A stretch of DNA of 64,000 bases, taken from assembly GCA_030704615.1 (NCBI GenBank), contig CM060733.1:8556001-8620000 (forward strand), in the 5' to 3' direction. Position 1 is the first letter of the stretch, and every line of letters starts with the position of its first letter. The notes beneath the pieces are model-generated. The model had not been told where the DNA came from. It did not search any database and saw only the letters and a program-made list of their open reading frames with translations. Shown here piece after piece: positions 51,043-64,000 of the stretch. A program made the translations under genes and the position numbers. The DNA comes from Takakia lepidozioides (taxonomy: Eukaryota; Plantae; Bryophyta).

Positions 51043-51683
51043 TCTGTTTCAGCCTTATCGGTAACAGCAGCTATATCCATGGAATTTTTCATATTGCATT
51101 TCTTACACTCTTCTCTAGTGGTACAATTGCAATATAACTCGGAAAAGGTATCAAAACACTCCCCAGTGACCAACTAAGCTAATCCTGCAAGCCGTCTCAA
51201 GGTTGTTTGTTTTCCGCTACCCTGGTCGAACCAGTGGTACAAGAAAGCTGTTTGATGTGATGAGTTGACACCCAGACAGAGATAGAGTTTAGCTCTCCTC
51301 TATTGATAAGTTGGGATCTTCATGGGTGAGGCACATGCAAGCCATGTTCAGGACAGGTACGTCAAATGTTTTATGTATAGTATTTTACACATGCTAGGGC
51401 TGTGTGATCAAAACTGTATATACGGAATGGACGCTGTGGGCTAGGGAAGTTGACGAAGTAGCATCAGTAGGCACTAATAGCTATGCCCTCTGCAGCCCAA
51501 CAATTCATCGTGAAACTGCACATGGCAGAAAGAGATGTGATACTCCTGTTGGCTTTGGTTGTACTACGACAACTGTCCAAAGCTCTGCATACCCAGGATC
51601 GCAACATGAGGGCGTGGACCAGCGCTTAAGAACTGAGACACCTGAATTACTTGTGAGGTCTTCAGAGGGGCCAACAGCTGTCT

Positions 51684-54600
51684 CTACTTGCTTGCTGGAT
51701 GAGTATTTTCCCCAGGTGCAAAATCAGTGGCTACAATTGCATTGCAATTGATCGCCACCCAAGGTTGCTGCTCCTCCATGAAGGCCCTGTCACAATGGAC
51801 AAGTGCAAGATGATGTAACCTTTCAACTTAGGCCTCTTTTCCACATGGTCAAGGAGGATTAGACGAGATGGACTGATTCAAGACAGATAGAGGAGAGGAA
51901 GACTCCTGCCGAAGCAGGCACAACTTATGGTGTCACTGAACCCCAAAGGGCTACTGCCGTCCATTTGGATGGTGGACACCTTTTAATGGCCGTAACCGGG
52001 GCAATGCAGTTCCCCAGACCTCCCCCAAGGAGTCCTCAGGTACCCCACACATTTAAGTGACCGGTTAAAACCAGGACCCCTTTTTTATAGCTGGATTGGC
52101 TATAATGGGTGACATCCAACATACACCTATGTGGCTTTTGAACCCGCGACTACCTGTATGGCGGCCTTTCTGCCCTAACCACTGGGCCATCTGTTGGATG
52201 CTGATTGAAGACAGATGCCTCTCAGACTCCCCCTCGAGAGGTCACGTGTGGTAGTAAAATGGACTCCCCTGCTACTGTCGCAACCAGTCAAGTAAAACTA
52301 TCAAAATCCCCCAAAATACAGCAGGCAAAACATGTCTTTGTGTGCCCATCAACATGGAAAAGACACCTTAAGGATCTTCAATCACTAGATTGGACAGCGC
52401 ATTGTGATCGTAGTGCCCTGTATCCCAATCCCTGATTTTTCAAGGAGATAGATCATTATTTGACTGTCCAGGCCAATGACAATTTTGGCAGAAAAGATGA
52501 TATGTAGCTTTAACAACAGAGTAGGATCATAGAAAGGAAGGAGTTGCATAAAGAGTAAGAGCATACTGATGTTTGCACAGACTGGGCATGTGGAAAACAA
52601 CTATGTATTTGCAGGTCGGAGCCTCCTGGATTAAGTTGATCAATGCCCTCCCTTTTTCTGAGCACACAAACCTCACCTGCCATAACAGCAGCCAGCTTCC
52701 AAACAGAAAGCACTGACAAAGTTGACTAACACAAGCCGACATTTCTCTGAATGCTGGAGATCAGCTAAAGTTTGCTGAAGCTGAGTCATACATCTATGCA
52801 CGCAGCAGAAGAACTGAATCAGTCACAGTCAGTGTAACTTCTAGTGCAGCACTGGCTTGTTAGAATTCCTACTTTTGATTGGACATGACGCTTGGTTATG
52901 GCCAATTACAGATCAAGCCACGCAAATTTCTGGCCAAGGCGTCCCTAGATACTTAAAAGCCGCTAATATGAATATCACGAGGCAATGGCCCAATGGCTGA
53001 CCTTCCAGTGTACACTCACGTGGATTCGACCTGAGGACAGTGGAGTCTGAATCACAAGGCAATGGATTGATGTGGTAATGACGCCTTTTAATAGTGGCTG
53101 CTCCTAACCCTCCTAGCTGTCTTCACAATGGAAACTTAATATACATACGAAAAATGGATAACAGGAAGACGTAGGCACCTCTGTCTCGCGGGGCTTGTTT
53201 GTCAGATCACAACGGGTTCCGTTTGTGTACAGGTGTGTATGATATCTACCCTCCCGTCCACAAGATCATGTCAATCATACTAGCAGCTCATAGAAGAGGA
53301 TGGGGCATGGTAGGGATGGGCGATGAGAAGGAAGCAGACTGGGGTCATTGGCATCACTTCAGGTTGATAGAAAAGTGGACCTACCTTTGTACATCCAGAT
53401 AGGTTCCAATCAACTATGTACAATAGGATCCATGTGAAAAGAAAGAAGGAAATGAAATGGTAACTTTAAGCGTCCGCGGAAAGCTCAAAGAGCTTTTAAG
53501 ACAAGAGTAAGCAAGAAACAAGAAAGAGAGAGGGGCCACAAGCAGCCCAAAGGCAACTATTGCTCAAGGGATTGTCTAGATCTCGTAGTAGAGAGGGCAG
53601 TGAAAGAAGAAATGTTCTTGAAGAAGAAAGGAACTTCAGAATGTCAAAAAGGAGGCCTGAGAGCTTGCCCATGAGAAAGGAGTGCGCAGTCTTTTTGAGG
53701 TGGAAAGGTGCATGTGCATGTACCAACTGCTCCACTTTCAGGCGGCTATGATAAGGCAGTGATCCAAGAGACCCACTCAATCAATAGGTTGGAAATTCAT
53801 GGGCAATTCTTTAGCGAGGTTGCCCCTTTTCAAAGATGAGAGAAAACACCATTGAGAGCTTACCTTTCTGCAGCTCTCTGAGAACCAGCATCTTTTTGAA
53901 GAGAGGCACTGGGAGATGCCCGGTGAAGAGCTGCTGTAGCTTCGGCATCAAAATTCCCCAGGATGAATTCTTGCACTATCTGCAAACACACAATGCTGCA
54001 TGTTACTACTGGCATTCTTTCCAGCAGATATTTAAACAGGAAATGTGCACAGGTATCAATCATCCTCATTTGCTTTTCTACAGTGGAAATGGTCTAGAAA
54101 CATTAATCATGTAAAACCAGTTAACTTCTAGTACTAGAACCCTTGGACACGCCACGGATATGGGGACGAAAGGCTGTCAGGAACACCTTGACATTGGACC
54201 CGACAGAAAATCTGCAATCTTATGTCGCCTGTCATTTTTTCTTAATGAACTTGAGGAGAGCACTGGCCAGCAAGGAAACAACCACAAAATGCAGATCGCC
54301 AACCATCCACAGGATTTAATAAATTCCAATGTTTGGACAATCTGTCAAACGATATTATAGGTATCTATCCCCTGCAAAACCTGCTCCTAAAAAATATGCG
54401 ATTGAATACAAATCCTCCAGTTTGCAAGTGCTGTGTATATTACCTCTCTACATATCACCCTGCCTATTCATTGTTGTAAGCTTCAAATTCAAGTGATGAA
54501 GGAGGCTCTGAAGAAATAGGCCACCCTTAAGAGAGGATTGCTTTAATTTAGCTCCCCAAAGTGTTAGTCCTGGAGGTTCTGCAATGATATCAAAGTGGCA

Positions 54601-57004
54601 CAGTTGCCGGATGGGAAAGCAATACACACATCTTGTGGGAGAAAGGAAGTGAGATTAATTTGAGTGAGAGGCAAGAAACTTACCAGTTTTCTGTGGCCTC
54701 TGGCGGTTCTTTCTCTGAGAGGTAACATTGTCTGCCGGACTAGGGTGAAGAAATATACTACTGAACCATGTTGAATATCAGGTCCCCAAGTGCTGACAGG
54801 AGCCTGAACAAATCGTCATTTCAGCAGCCTTAAGGAAGTACATTTGGCTCACCTGTTGAGAGCTCACATGCAATGCTTTGCTACCTTTCCACACTAACAC
54901 CCTTAAAACTACAAACTTTTGAGTGCCTGGTGATGCCCAGTGAGTCTCACCATTTCATGTCACTATTACAGAGCAAGTACCATTAATGCTATGTAATCGG
55001 ATAGAGGGTTTTACTTACCTTATTGTCATGAATGTGAAATTGCCGAAAATGACCGTTGTAGCAAAGTTCGTAGATCCACCACCCCTCATTCTTCGAGGCC
55101 ATAACAATACTACCGTCAATAAGCCATTTTTTCACCATTAGGTTTTACACTGGGCCACTAAGTAGTTTAGAGATGTGCAAGTGAAAGCGTCATATGCAAA
55201 AGTCTCAACAGGTTTCCTCTTGACAAGTGAGGACCCAAAAGTTGGGCTCCAAACCTGGAATGAATTGGAGGCGCTTCTGATTTCCTCCTTCTTGCATATT
55301 GTAAACATCTGTGTTTGGTCTTTGTGCACACACTGGTTGTCGGGCATAGCATGCCGATCATGACCTTGCACCAGAGTGATTGATACCAAATGAAGCATGA
55401 AGAAAAAAGCAGGGAAAACCAATGAAGTGCAATAGACATACCCGACGAAAACATGTGTCTTTCAGTCCATCAAGCAGGTCTTCAGGGGACTGCTGCTTGG
55501 AGCGCTCTGCCTCAGCGGAGCCCATGCTGCTGATATTTTGCTGGCCCTCCTTCACAATCTGGGTGTGGCCAGACTTAGGTAAATTGCAACAGAACTGTTT
55601 CCCATGTCCGTCAGTCATGAGAATTGTTTCCTGGCCCGATGCCTGCCAACCATTTACACTGGTGTGGTGAGCATGTAGAGTTGTGATGATGCTCCCGACC
55701 CTCTTTCATGACAGCAACAATTCAGACATTGGAGATATCTAACAAACACTGCAGAGTGAGAGAGTTAAACAAGTAAGGAACTGAAATACACCGGAAGGAC
55801 AGGTAAGTCGCTGGGGTGAAACGCAATTTTGTACTTGGGGTCTTGCACACTGTGAAGGATTTCCTCCACTGCAATGCACTTCCACCACATTTGTCAGCCA
55901 TTCCTGCAAAAAGCACGACGCATCGAAAACCGAAACAGCCCACATAACCCAGCAAGTTCGGTTTAGCATTCATTTGAAGTACTTCATACGATTGAAAAAA
56001 GGAAATGGGATTGACAGAAGTGTTCTCTCTAATTGAAGGAGCCGATGGAGAGACCGCTAGGGTCATGAGCTGCCTAAGACCATTATGGCCCAAGACTGGA
56101 TTCTTCAACTCATATGAACCTAGTACTTTATGCGCCCACATGGTTTCACCAAGCATGGATGCGGAGAACTGAGTAGCAAGCGAACAACTCATCCCCCAGA
56201 CAATTCATGAATGTCCACTGTAAATTCCCTTGGGCGACGCCTTTGTAAGAGGTTCTTACGGTTTGGAGGTAATCATGTCGAAACCAAATCCCACAATGTA
56301 AGAAAAAACAATTCTGACGACGACCCCAACACGATCCCAACACGATCTCAGATGCCTGATCAGCTATGCAGCCAACAGTGTGCAAAGTATTTCGATTCAA
56401 CTGCATCTTTGGACATCTTCCAAAAGTCTTCGAAGTTGTTGACTGAACATTGCCCAATTCGGAATGTTCCCATAATTTCCTTAAAATGTAGAATCCGCTG
56501 GCAGTACGTGGGGAGGTGATCCGCCCCTTCAACACTGGCTTTGCGAAGATCCAGATTTTTGGCTCACCTACCAAATTGGCTTGACTGAAGCATAAGTTAT
56601 TATTCTGAGGCAAATCTGCCGTGGAGATTTTTCGACTGCCCCGAACTGCGGTGGCAAATGTGTCCTTCACAGAATGGGACATAATCTGATGAAAGCGACA
56701 CTATGAAGCTTTATACCAAAGCCATTGAGAATTCCGACCTAAAAATGGCTAACCTCTCAAGAACGCATTGTCCTGCCCTCAAGTTGCAGGAAAGGCACCC
56801 TTTCAACGATCTTTGACCCACCGCCTCCTAAGAGAAATCAAGGTTCCCATCGTGGAATCCAAAACCCAATCAGGTGCTCACAGATGAAAACACAATACCA
56901 GGCTGGGATGACAGGATGCGGTCCGCGGCAGCTCCATGAAACCCAAAAGCGATCAAAACAAAACAGGCGGCAGCCATGTGCAGCACAACAGTTGCAGCCT
57001 CCAT
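51684..57004 (-). CDS. OS9: OS-9 ER lectin (MRH domain, ERAD), 8 exons
   Basis: Signal-peptide exon from ATG 57004; 55868-55792 (QDPKYKIAFHP); 55642-55442 (MTDGHGKQFCCNLPK...PEDLLDGLKDTCFRR); 55090-55019 (EGWWIYELCY); IVQEFILGNFDAEATAA; YHTHLYTNGTRCDLTNKPRETE; VRFVCSE..EAPTCKY..PSLCKH; last exon AINCNAI...* at 51684. Confidence 0.92.
52113..52200 (-). mobile_element. tRNA-derived SINE head or tRNA-like remnant in the last OS9 intron
   Basis: A-box TGGCCCAGTGG and B-box-like GGTTCAAAAGCC at tRNA-like spacing, enclosed by the 9-bp inverted repeat CATCCAACA/TGTTGGATG. No clean anticodon arm. Confidence 0.55.
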
Positions 57005-57267
57005 AGCCTCACCTCCAAGCTGTATGATCCTGCTGCCAACCATTCTGTGTTCCAGGCAGGGGATGCACGAGCATTGTCTTTTCAAAACGAAGTGACTGTT
57101 TGAAATTGGCATCGAATGAGGTCCAGGGGTCAAACCTTCTTGCTATCCTTATCACATTGGAGGTTGCATATTTTACATATTCTTTGAAGATCCAGAGATG
57201 TGCTTTGGTGAAACGAATGCTAGAAAAAATTGCGAGCAGCACATTCTCTCTCTCTCTCTCTCTTTAA

Positions 57268-58124
57268 CCCCTAAAGGACGAGCTAACTTTGGGGAGTTTT
57301 CCCAAAAAGTGGGCCATACCCTCCATTGCTAAGCTGTAACTTCTTAACCCCTTACATCCAGCTGGATGAACCGTTCCATTCCATCCCTACCTACTACATG
57401 AAGGTCCTCAGAAAATTGTAGCACTTTTGACAGTTCCATTTAGTAGATTATAACAAAGATAAAGATAAAGCTTCTTTAAATGTCGAGTGAATTTACTGAG
57501 CCTACTGCTCAACACACAGGCCACCGAGGGCCCAATTATAACAAAGAAAATTGGCCAAGTTGAAACCATGAAAAAAAAGAAAATTGCTTTGACCATGCAA
57601 GTTTGGTGATTTTACATTTTTTCTTGAAGAAATGGCCTCCAGAATCCGGATAAGGGGCAACCAGCAGGTCATCTCCCAGAATCTCAGACCAAAATACCAA
57701 AAATATGGGGGGGCTGCTTTGTATGTGAAATCTGGGGATAAATTATCTTGTTTTGGCTTCTTTCCCAAGTACACCCATGAGGTGACCTTTGTTTCCAATT
57801 CCTCTCGTAAGTAAGTGCATAGTAACATTTCATGGTGCCTTGTCCAAAAATTTTGGCATCATGATAAATTTTCAGCCCTAGATGTTATCTTGAAGATTGC
57901 CCATTTGGCTGCCACGTAGGCAGGTCAATGGTGCTCTAACACTTTCATGAAACCCCGGCACTTTGCAAATTCTAGGGAGCAGAGGTTTTATGATTTTTTG
58001 GCGCTGTAAATTCCCACATGTGCTCCTCTCTGACATCTACAATTCATCTTCAAGGTTCACTGGGAATTGGAGCGTGGCAAGTAATCTGACGCGACCCGAA
58101 ACGGGTCGCGTCGTCTTTTAGGGG
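57268..58124. mobile_element. piggyBac-like non-autonomous element (857 bp)
   Basis: TTAA|CCCCTAAAGGACGA ... TCGTCTTTTAGGGG|TTAA: 13/14 TIR match, TTAA on both sides, CCC/GGG termini. Subterminal perfect hairpin GACGCGACCCG-AAA-CGGGTCGCGTC at 58088-58112. Confidence 0.75.
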
Positions 58125-58859
58125 TTAATCTTGGGTAGAATATTTCATGTGCGATAAAGTGATTTTTTCCTATGTATGTCCTGAAATTGTCAAGTAGACA
58201 CTTGCTACAAAATTCATTCCCTGGCCTAGGGCCTTGTGGGATTTGCTGTCATGTGTTGGTTTAAATCTATGGTTCAGAACCCTAACCCTGCAATTTAGTG
58301 CTCATTTACAAAGGTTGTGTAAGCTGCTACCTGAAACTACTACAGTGTCAAGCACACAGCTCACCAAGCTCTGCCGGCTGCGGCTAACAAGATTTAAGCG
58401 CAGCCTAGCCTTCATTAAGCTGGTCGAGCTTCCTTTGCATTTATAGGGAAGCTTTAGCGTTGACACAAACAGGATATTTACACTTAGCCCTTAACTGTGC
58501 TTTGCAAATACTTCTTGTTATGTGAATAGATACATGCGTCGCAAACTGGTCTGTCTCAAACTTTCAAGGTTCTGTGTAATATCACACCAAGTTTACTATT
58601 ACTCTTGCAATCTTTCACTTGCTTAGAAATGCATGTTGGACAGCGATAGCAAGCGTGAAGACCTGCTTCTCACCTTGCACATCTTCACTAACACGCATTC
58701 TGTTGGATGTGGTGGTTTTTGGGACGGGCGCAGGTGAGGGTCCTTCACTTTTCATGGATTTCTAAGCTGTATGTGTAAGTTTTGCTACAGAGTACACTAA
58801 ATAGATGATGGAAATCAACATGAACCATCACAGGAAGAGCTATTGTGGCAAATCAAGTT

Positions 58860-59530
58860 ATTCTTGCTTCTTCTTGGTTCTCGGCTTCAGTCTGGTATCC
58901 TAGGCTCAAATAATCAAGTAAATCCAGACTATGACTAGGAACTTCGTGTGGGGAGGCACTTCACCTTCCCCCAACAGAAGAGCCTTGGTCAGCTGGTCCT
59001 AGATTACGCAAAAGAGGAAATTTTTTGGCTTGGGTATCCGTGACCCACAAACCCAAATAATCTCCTTACTTGCCAAATGGGTCCCGAGAGTTCTCATGAA
59101 TCTCTCTGCCCATTGGAGCTTAATTATTAGATGCCACATCTTAGACACCCATCCGTCTCCTGGTGCTTGGCCACAGTCTCTTAGATGGATTGTTCAGGGG
59201 GGAAGATCTCTCAAAGCGGGGGCCAATGGCTCAAAGGATTGGCAATCGATTTGGGCAGCATGGATGCGTGTGAGACCTCACCTATTCCAGACCATCCCCT
59301 CTTTGGTGGAGGAGGTCTTAAGGCAGCCAGTATTTGGGAACTTTAACGCAAATTCGGAAATCCTTATTAAGTGCTCAAATATGTAGGCTTCCTGGGAACA
59401 GGCAGGGGTTTCGAACTTCTGTCAATTCTGGGAGGATGGGGCTTTCCTCCCGAAATATGTTGCTACTGCAACACTATCGATGAGGAAAGCGACCGCCTGG
59501 GACACCATCGTCTCGAACATTCCCCGCTCA
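58860..59530 (+). mobile_element. 5'-truncated L1-clade LINE fragment (post-RT region)
   Basis: RNFVWGG...ALVSW...GLGIRDPQTQIISLLAKW...SIWAAW...EEVLRQPVFGN, the same region and family as 24350-24780. Confidence 0.8.
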
Positions 59531-59589
59531 CGTGACCAGGCTCACGTCGAGGCATCCCTGGTCCTTAGGCAGTCCACCAGTGCCTCCAC

Positions 59590-59965
59590 GGGTCAACACA
59601 GGCCGTCCACAGGTCAACATGGGCCACCACAGACCAGCACAGGCCCACACAGATCACATGTCATAGCCAACACAACCCCATATAGGCCACAGGTCACAGC
59701 CCATCGCAGCCCCACAAGCCACAGCCCATCACAATCTGTCATAGCCGTCACAGCCCATCACAGCCCCATAGGCCACAACCATCACTGCCTGTCACAGCCT
59801 GTCATAGCCCGTCACAGCCATCACAGCCCCACAGGTCACAGCCATCACAGCCCGTCACAGCCCCACACAGGCCACAGCCATCACAGCTTGTCACAGCCCT
59901 ACACAGGTCACATGGTCACAGCCCGTCACAGCCCGTCATAGCCCCAAAGGCCACAGCCTGTCATA
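59590..59965. repeat. Low-complexity CACAGCCC(A/G)T minisatellite, probably part of an LTR-like block extending to ~61450
   Basis: Many imperfect GTCACAGCCC / ATCACAGCCC units. The His/Ser/Pro-rich ORF 59480-59941 is a by-product. Confidence 0.7.
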
Positions 59966-61722
59966 GCCCCATCCATGGCCGCTTCAATGGCAGTTTAGCC
60001 ATTCCTCCAAGGGGTTTAGCGACACCAAGCTAGGGTTTGCATCTCCTTGAACTCTAGGCTTCTTTGCACCGAGCTATGGTGGCTGTGAGGAAATTAGCAA
60101 GGTATTCTTGCTCTCTTCGGCTCCCACACACCACCAATAGTAGCTCTAAGTCATGAGGAAGGTGTTTGCCACAATCCAAAGCCCTCTTTCTCACTTAAAC
60201 TCTCCCAAACACGCCACTCAAGACCGTGACAAGCAACCATGCGTTGCTGATTTCCAGCCCTTGTAAAACACTATTTCATGCGCTCTCCTTAGCCATGACA
60301 TGTATCTAGAGCCTATTCCAGCCCCCTACACCTGCCGTTTCAAGAGCCATGCTCTATCTAGGCTTGTAGTTGAAACCCCAACTCAAAACACGCGCTACAA
60401 GTGCTGAACTGTCACCCTAAGAGCAAACTAGACTCTTACCTTCCCTACTAGCTCTCCATAGCTTAAAGATGGAGGCCTAACTAGGCTAAATGCATGCTCC
60501 ATACATGCACTACTCCCTTCACACAAGAGGTAATATCAGCCCCCTTATCTTGGCTCCTTGGCACCTTGATGCTCTCTAAGACAAGACTAAGCACTCCACA
60601 GCCTTTGCCAAGCTGTTGAAACCCTAAGGCTTACATTTCCAGCCACAAGACACCCCTCTTGTGGTGCAAGAGCTCTTCTTCCAAGCTTTGAAACCATAGG
60701 TGCACATTCCATGGCCTTGCCGCACCTCCTAGCTCATGTTCCAGCCCTGCTCTTGCCATGGCAAGAGCCCTCTCAATGCTGAAGCTTGAGATTGAAACCC
60801 AATCTCAACATACTCCACAAAGTGCACTGATTTGCCCCAAAGCCAAATCAGCCCTCTTGCTTGATCTTTACTCTTCCGCAACATGGAAGCTCGTATTCCC
60901 AAGGCCAGTTCTCAGATTCGCTGCCAGAGCCACAGTGAGCACTATAACCTACTCTTGTTCAGCCTTATATGCTCATGACTGATCCTCTTCCCACTCGTGC
61001 TCACCGCACACAATCTGAAATCATCAAGGTGCTCTGGAATTACCTGCAGCATGGTGATTTCATCTCTGAAGCTGAAGATCGAATGCCAAGCCGGTCCGCC
61101 TACTCGTACCCAACATCGCCTCCGCTTCTAGGAACCACGACCTTGATGATGCTCCTCGCATCCCAACCTGATTTCTCTCATTCTCAAGCAAAACCACAAG
61201 TGCTACAACTAACTTGTATCTGACACTAACAGATACGAGCTCATCTTTCTCGAGTGATAAAGAAGAAGAATACAAGCTCTCTTGAGCTCACAAACTTTGC
61301 ACATGAAATCATCACTCATATAAAGTCAAGCCAAGTACACCCCATGCTATGGGGAATCCATACTACGCCTCAACTCGAGAAAGTTGAGCCTCCCCGCGCT
61401 TGCCGTGAAGATAACCACTCCAGGGCCTAAAGCTGCCTTGACCCCTGGATTGACATTTGGGCCAATCCCAAATGTCAATATGTAAAAGCTAACTATTTCC
61501 TAGCTAGTTTCACACTAGTGGTGAAATAACTTGACGGACCCGCTAAAAATAGCTTCGCAGGTTTATGAGTTTCGTAAATTATAGTTGTGTAGAATGTTTT
61601 CCAAGTCTAGGGGGAATGCGTAGAATGTGCCCCCGTGCTCGCTACCCAACCTCCGTAACTGGCTACCCTGCAACCTCCATAACCGGCGGGTATGAGCCTT
61701 GGCCAATTCTATGTTTCTTCGC

Positions 61723-62918
61723 TCAAGAACTTTGTCTTTCTAACGCCATATGTGAGTGTTGGATGTGTAGAGGGTGTGTGGGGTCGAAGGTTGGGGCATG
61801 TAGTGATCCTATATGGGCGTTGAAATCTCCAACCAAAAATATGTCGATGTATGAGGTACGAAGACGAGATATATCTTCTTCCAATGGAACATACAGTGAA
61901 TCTGTCGCATGTGGAGGCCATTGTGTGGAGATGCAGTCGAGCAAAATAACATCCCGCCAACAAAATATTTGGTTGAAGGTTGTAGCCCTTGATGTGATAT
62001 CAAATGTAGCTTGCCGGTGGGTCTTTGTATGGGAAGGAAATGTATGGTAGAAGCTAGTTAGCAAAGTAACAAGCCACTCCATCAGAACCTTTGAGACCTA
62101 TGCGTGGACGAGTCACTGACTGAAAGCTATATCCGAGAATAGAAGGAGGTCATTTCCTTCATACGCATGTGTTTCAAAGAGAAAAAGAATATCACACTTT
62201 GAGAACTAGATACCAAGAACCCAATTGGATGGCTCCACAGTGAGCCATTGTTGTTCCATGAGTCTCCCTGTGCAAGGGTCCCTAGTTTACCAACGACTCG
62301 GATGTTCAGGGCTTTGAAAGCCCGTTGCCGTTCCTCAAGCAACATGACCAAAACTGTCTCTTCTAAAGTGTGGTAACTCTTGTTAGATGGTACCGTGCTG
62401 CCCTTGACTATGTTAGCCGAAGAGGAAGCATTTGCCTTATGGTCTTCGAGCTCCCGGGCCATTGTAGATGTCACAGCCTTGCTAGCTCTTTAGTGAGGGT
62501 TACCACTTGTTGATGAATAGTACTTGTCGTGAGGGGACCTGAGAGGTCCCTCTCTGTGAGGGTCCTCACTTAATCCCCCTCAAGCTTAGAAGTGCGTGTG
62601 ATGTTGGTGGCTTTTACATTGAGCTGTTTCAAAGACCATCCACTTTGCTATTGCTCTCTAGAAGAGAAGTTTTCAAGACGGTGACCTCTGCTCGCAGATT
62701 CTCCAAGTCCTTGTCTTGGGCCGCGAGCAACTGCTGAAGTGCCTCCACAGAGATGAAGCTTGTTTGCAGGAGCGTGACTTGGTTGCGAAGATTTTGAATA
62801 GCAGCACTCCTCGTGGAGTACTGGCGCAAGGGATAAGCATGTTGAGAGGCCGGGGCAGGAAGAAGAAGCAGAGGAGACCCGAGATGAGGCGAGGGCGAAG
62901 GCGAGTCTTTATCTTCAT
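61723..62918 (-). mobile_element. 5' part of a non-LTR retrotransposon: coiled-coil ORF1 and APE endonuclease remnant
   Basis: IFLVGDFNAHIG is an APE endonuclease motif. Upstream are the coiled coil IQNLRNQVTLLQ...LENLRAEVTVLK and EERQRAFKALNIRVVG, typical of LINE ORF1. Confidence 0.7.
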
Positions 62919-64000
62919 CGAACGCCCTTAGACGGGAGACGGGAGAGAGAGAAGGGCCACAAGTATCCCAAGAAGAGAGATAGGGCTTGTCTTGTCATGA
63001 CAAGAAATGATCTGTCAAGACTGACCAGATCCGAAAGGTTTTCTCTTAAAACCCAAGACAAAACAGCCTTGCATTGCAAGGCACCATCACCCTTATCCTA
63101 AACCACAGGTTTGTTCTTGATTTGTTTCACACTTCTGGGTGATCGGGGTGGGTGGTGGGGTTTGTTAGAAACCCTTCAAAAGCCCCATCTTTCTTCATAG
63201 TGACAGACATCATACTGAAATTCGTGTTCACTGTACTGTCACATTGGGTTTTCCAGAATGCCGAAATTCGTGTTTTTTAGCATGTCATAATTCGGTTTCA
63301 TTGAAGTAGTGTTAAAATGAATACTTCCTTGAAAACCACGTCTTAAAACAACCAAGCACAATATTCAAAATGAAACCACTCAGCTGGGCTATAGATTGAG
63401 ATTCATCCAATTCAAGATAGGTCTTCAAAACCTTCTGCTAACATATCCCAATGGCAGATTACTTCCGTAAAATACTTCCCTCAAAGAAACCCGAGGCTAT
63501 CATCAAGCACTGTACCATTCTTCTTAGGCAGTGGCTGCCTCATGCCCCGCATGTGCTTGAACATGTGTGCGACACATGTGCGGAGACACAACAGACGAAT
63601 AAATCATTTGCCTCTAAAAACCCCGAGACCTTGGCAGCCCTATCCTTTTTCCAGATATCACCCCAAATGGACTTCCAATCTGTAGGGAGGGTAGGCAGAT
63701 GCCTCCACTTAGAGTTTCATTTGCTAGCGAAGAGCATTGGAGGCCGCAAGAGAGAATAAGCCAACTTCACCTTGAACCCAAAATAAGGGGTATGCTTCTT
63801 ATCCATCCAACGCCATTCAGCGGGGTCAAACTGAAGCAACCTAAGAGGAGCAGAAAGAAAGCATATGAAAGAATCATGATAATGCGCAAGGTTGAGGGGG
63901 GGTTCTGGATCACAAGCCCCGGAGGTAACCGAAAACACCCTAATGGGAAATAAATCGGCAGGCCTGGTGAGATGCAAGGCGGGGAGAGACCAAGGCTCCG

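Noticed and set aside
55900-56850. 156-178-aa minus-strand ORFs
   Set aside because: They lie in OS9 intron 1. The OS9 frame is complete without them and they show no known motifs.
8472-57004. Functional immunity or nucleotide-recycling gene cluster (RNase T2, UAH, CHIP, LYK, EDS1-like, OS9)
   Set aside because: The genes are unrelated families interspersed with housekeeping genes. No shared regulatory signal is visible, and the claim would need synteny or co-expression data.

Overview
Eukaryotic nuclear DNA from a land plant. A non-seed plant (bryophyte or lycophyte grade) is my inference from sequence divergence and the transposon complement, and is not proven. Seven apparently intact genes were reconstructed, six of them spliced: class I RNase T2 (8472-10037, +), CHIP E3 ligase (11053-15755, +), ureidoglycolate amidohydrolase UAH (18246-16273, -), a KCS with an intronless CDS (27529-29124, +), an LYK3-clade LysM receptor kinase (35483-30814, -), NOP9/APUM23 (45530-40024, -) and the OS9 ERAD lectin (57004-51684, -). 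The most striking locus is a disrupted EDS1/PAD4-family gene (lipase-like plus EP domain, about 48040-51042) with mixed EDS1 and PAD4 motifs. This family is generally regarded as seed-plant specific. Intergenic DNA is rich in transposons: a ~118-bp hairpin tandem array beside a GCM-like transposon ORF cut by a CACTA end, nested MITEs, a gypsy integrase, an L1 with a twin-priming 5' inversion, a tRNA-like SINE head and a TTAA-flanked piggyBac-like MITE just upstream of OS9. Exon coordinates were read by eye and may be off by a few bases.
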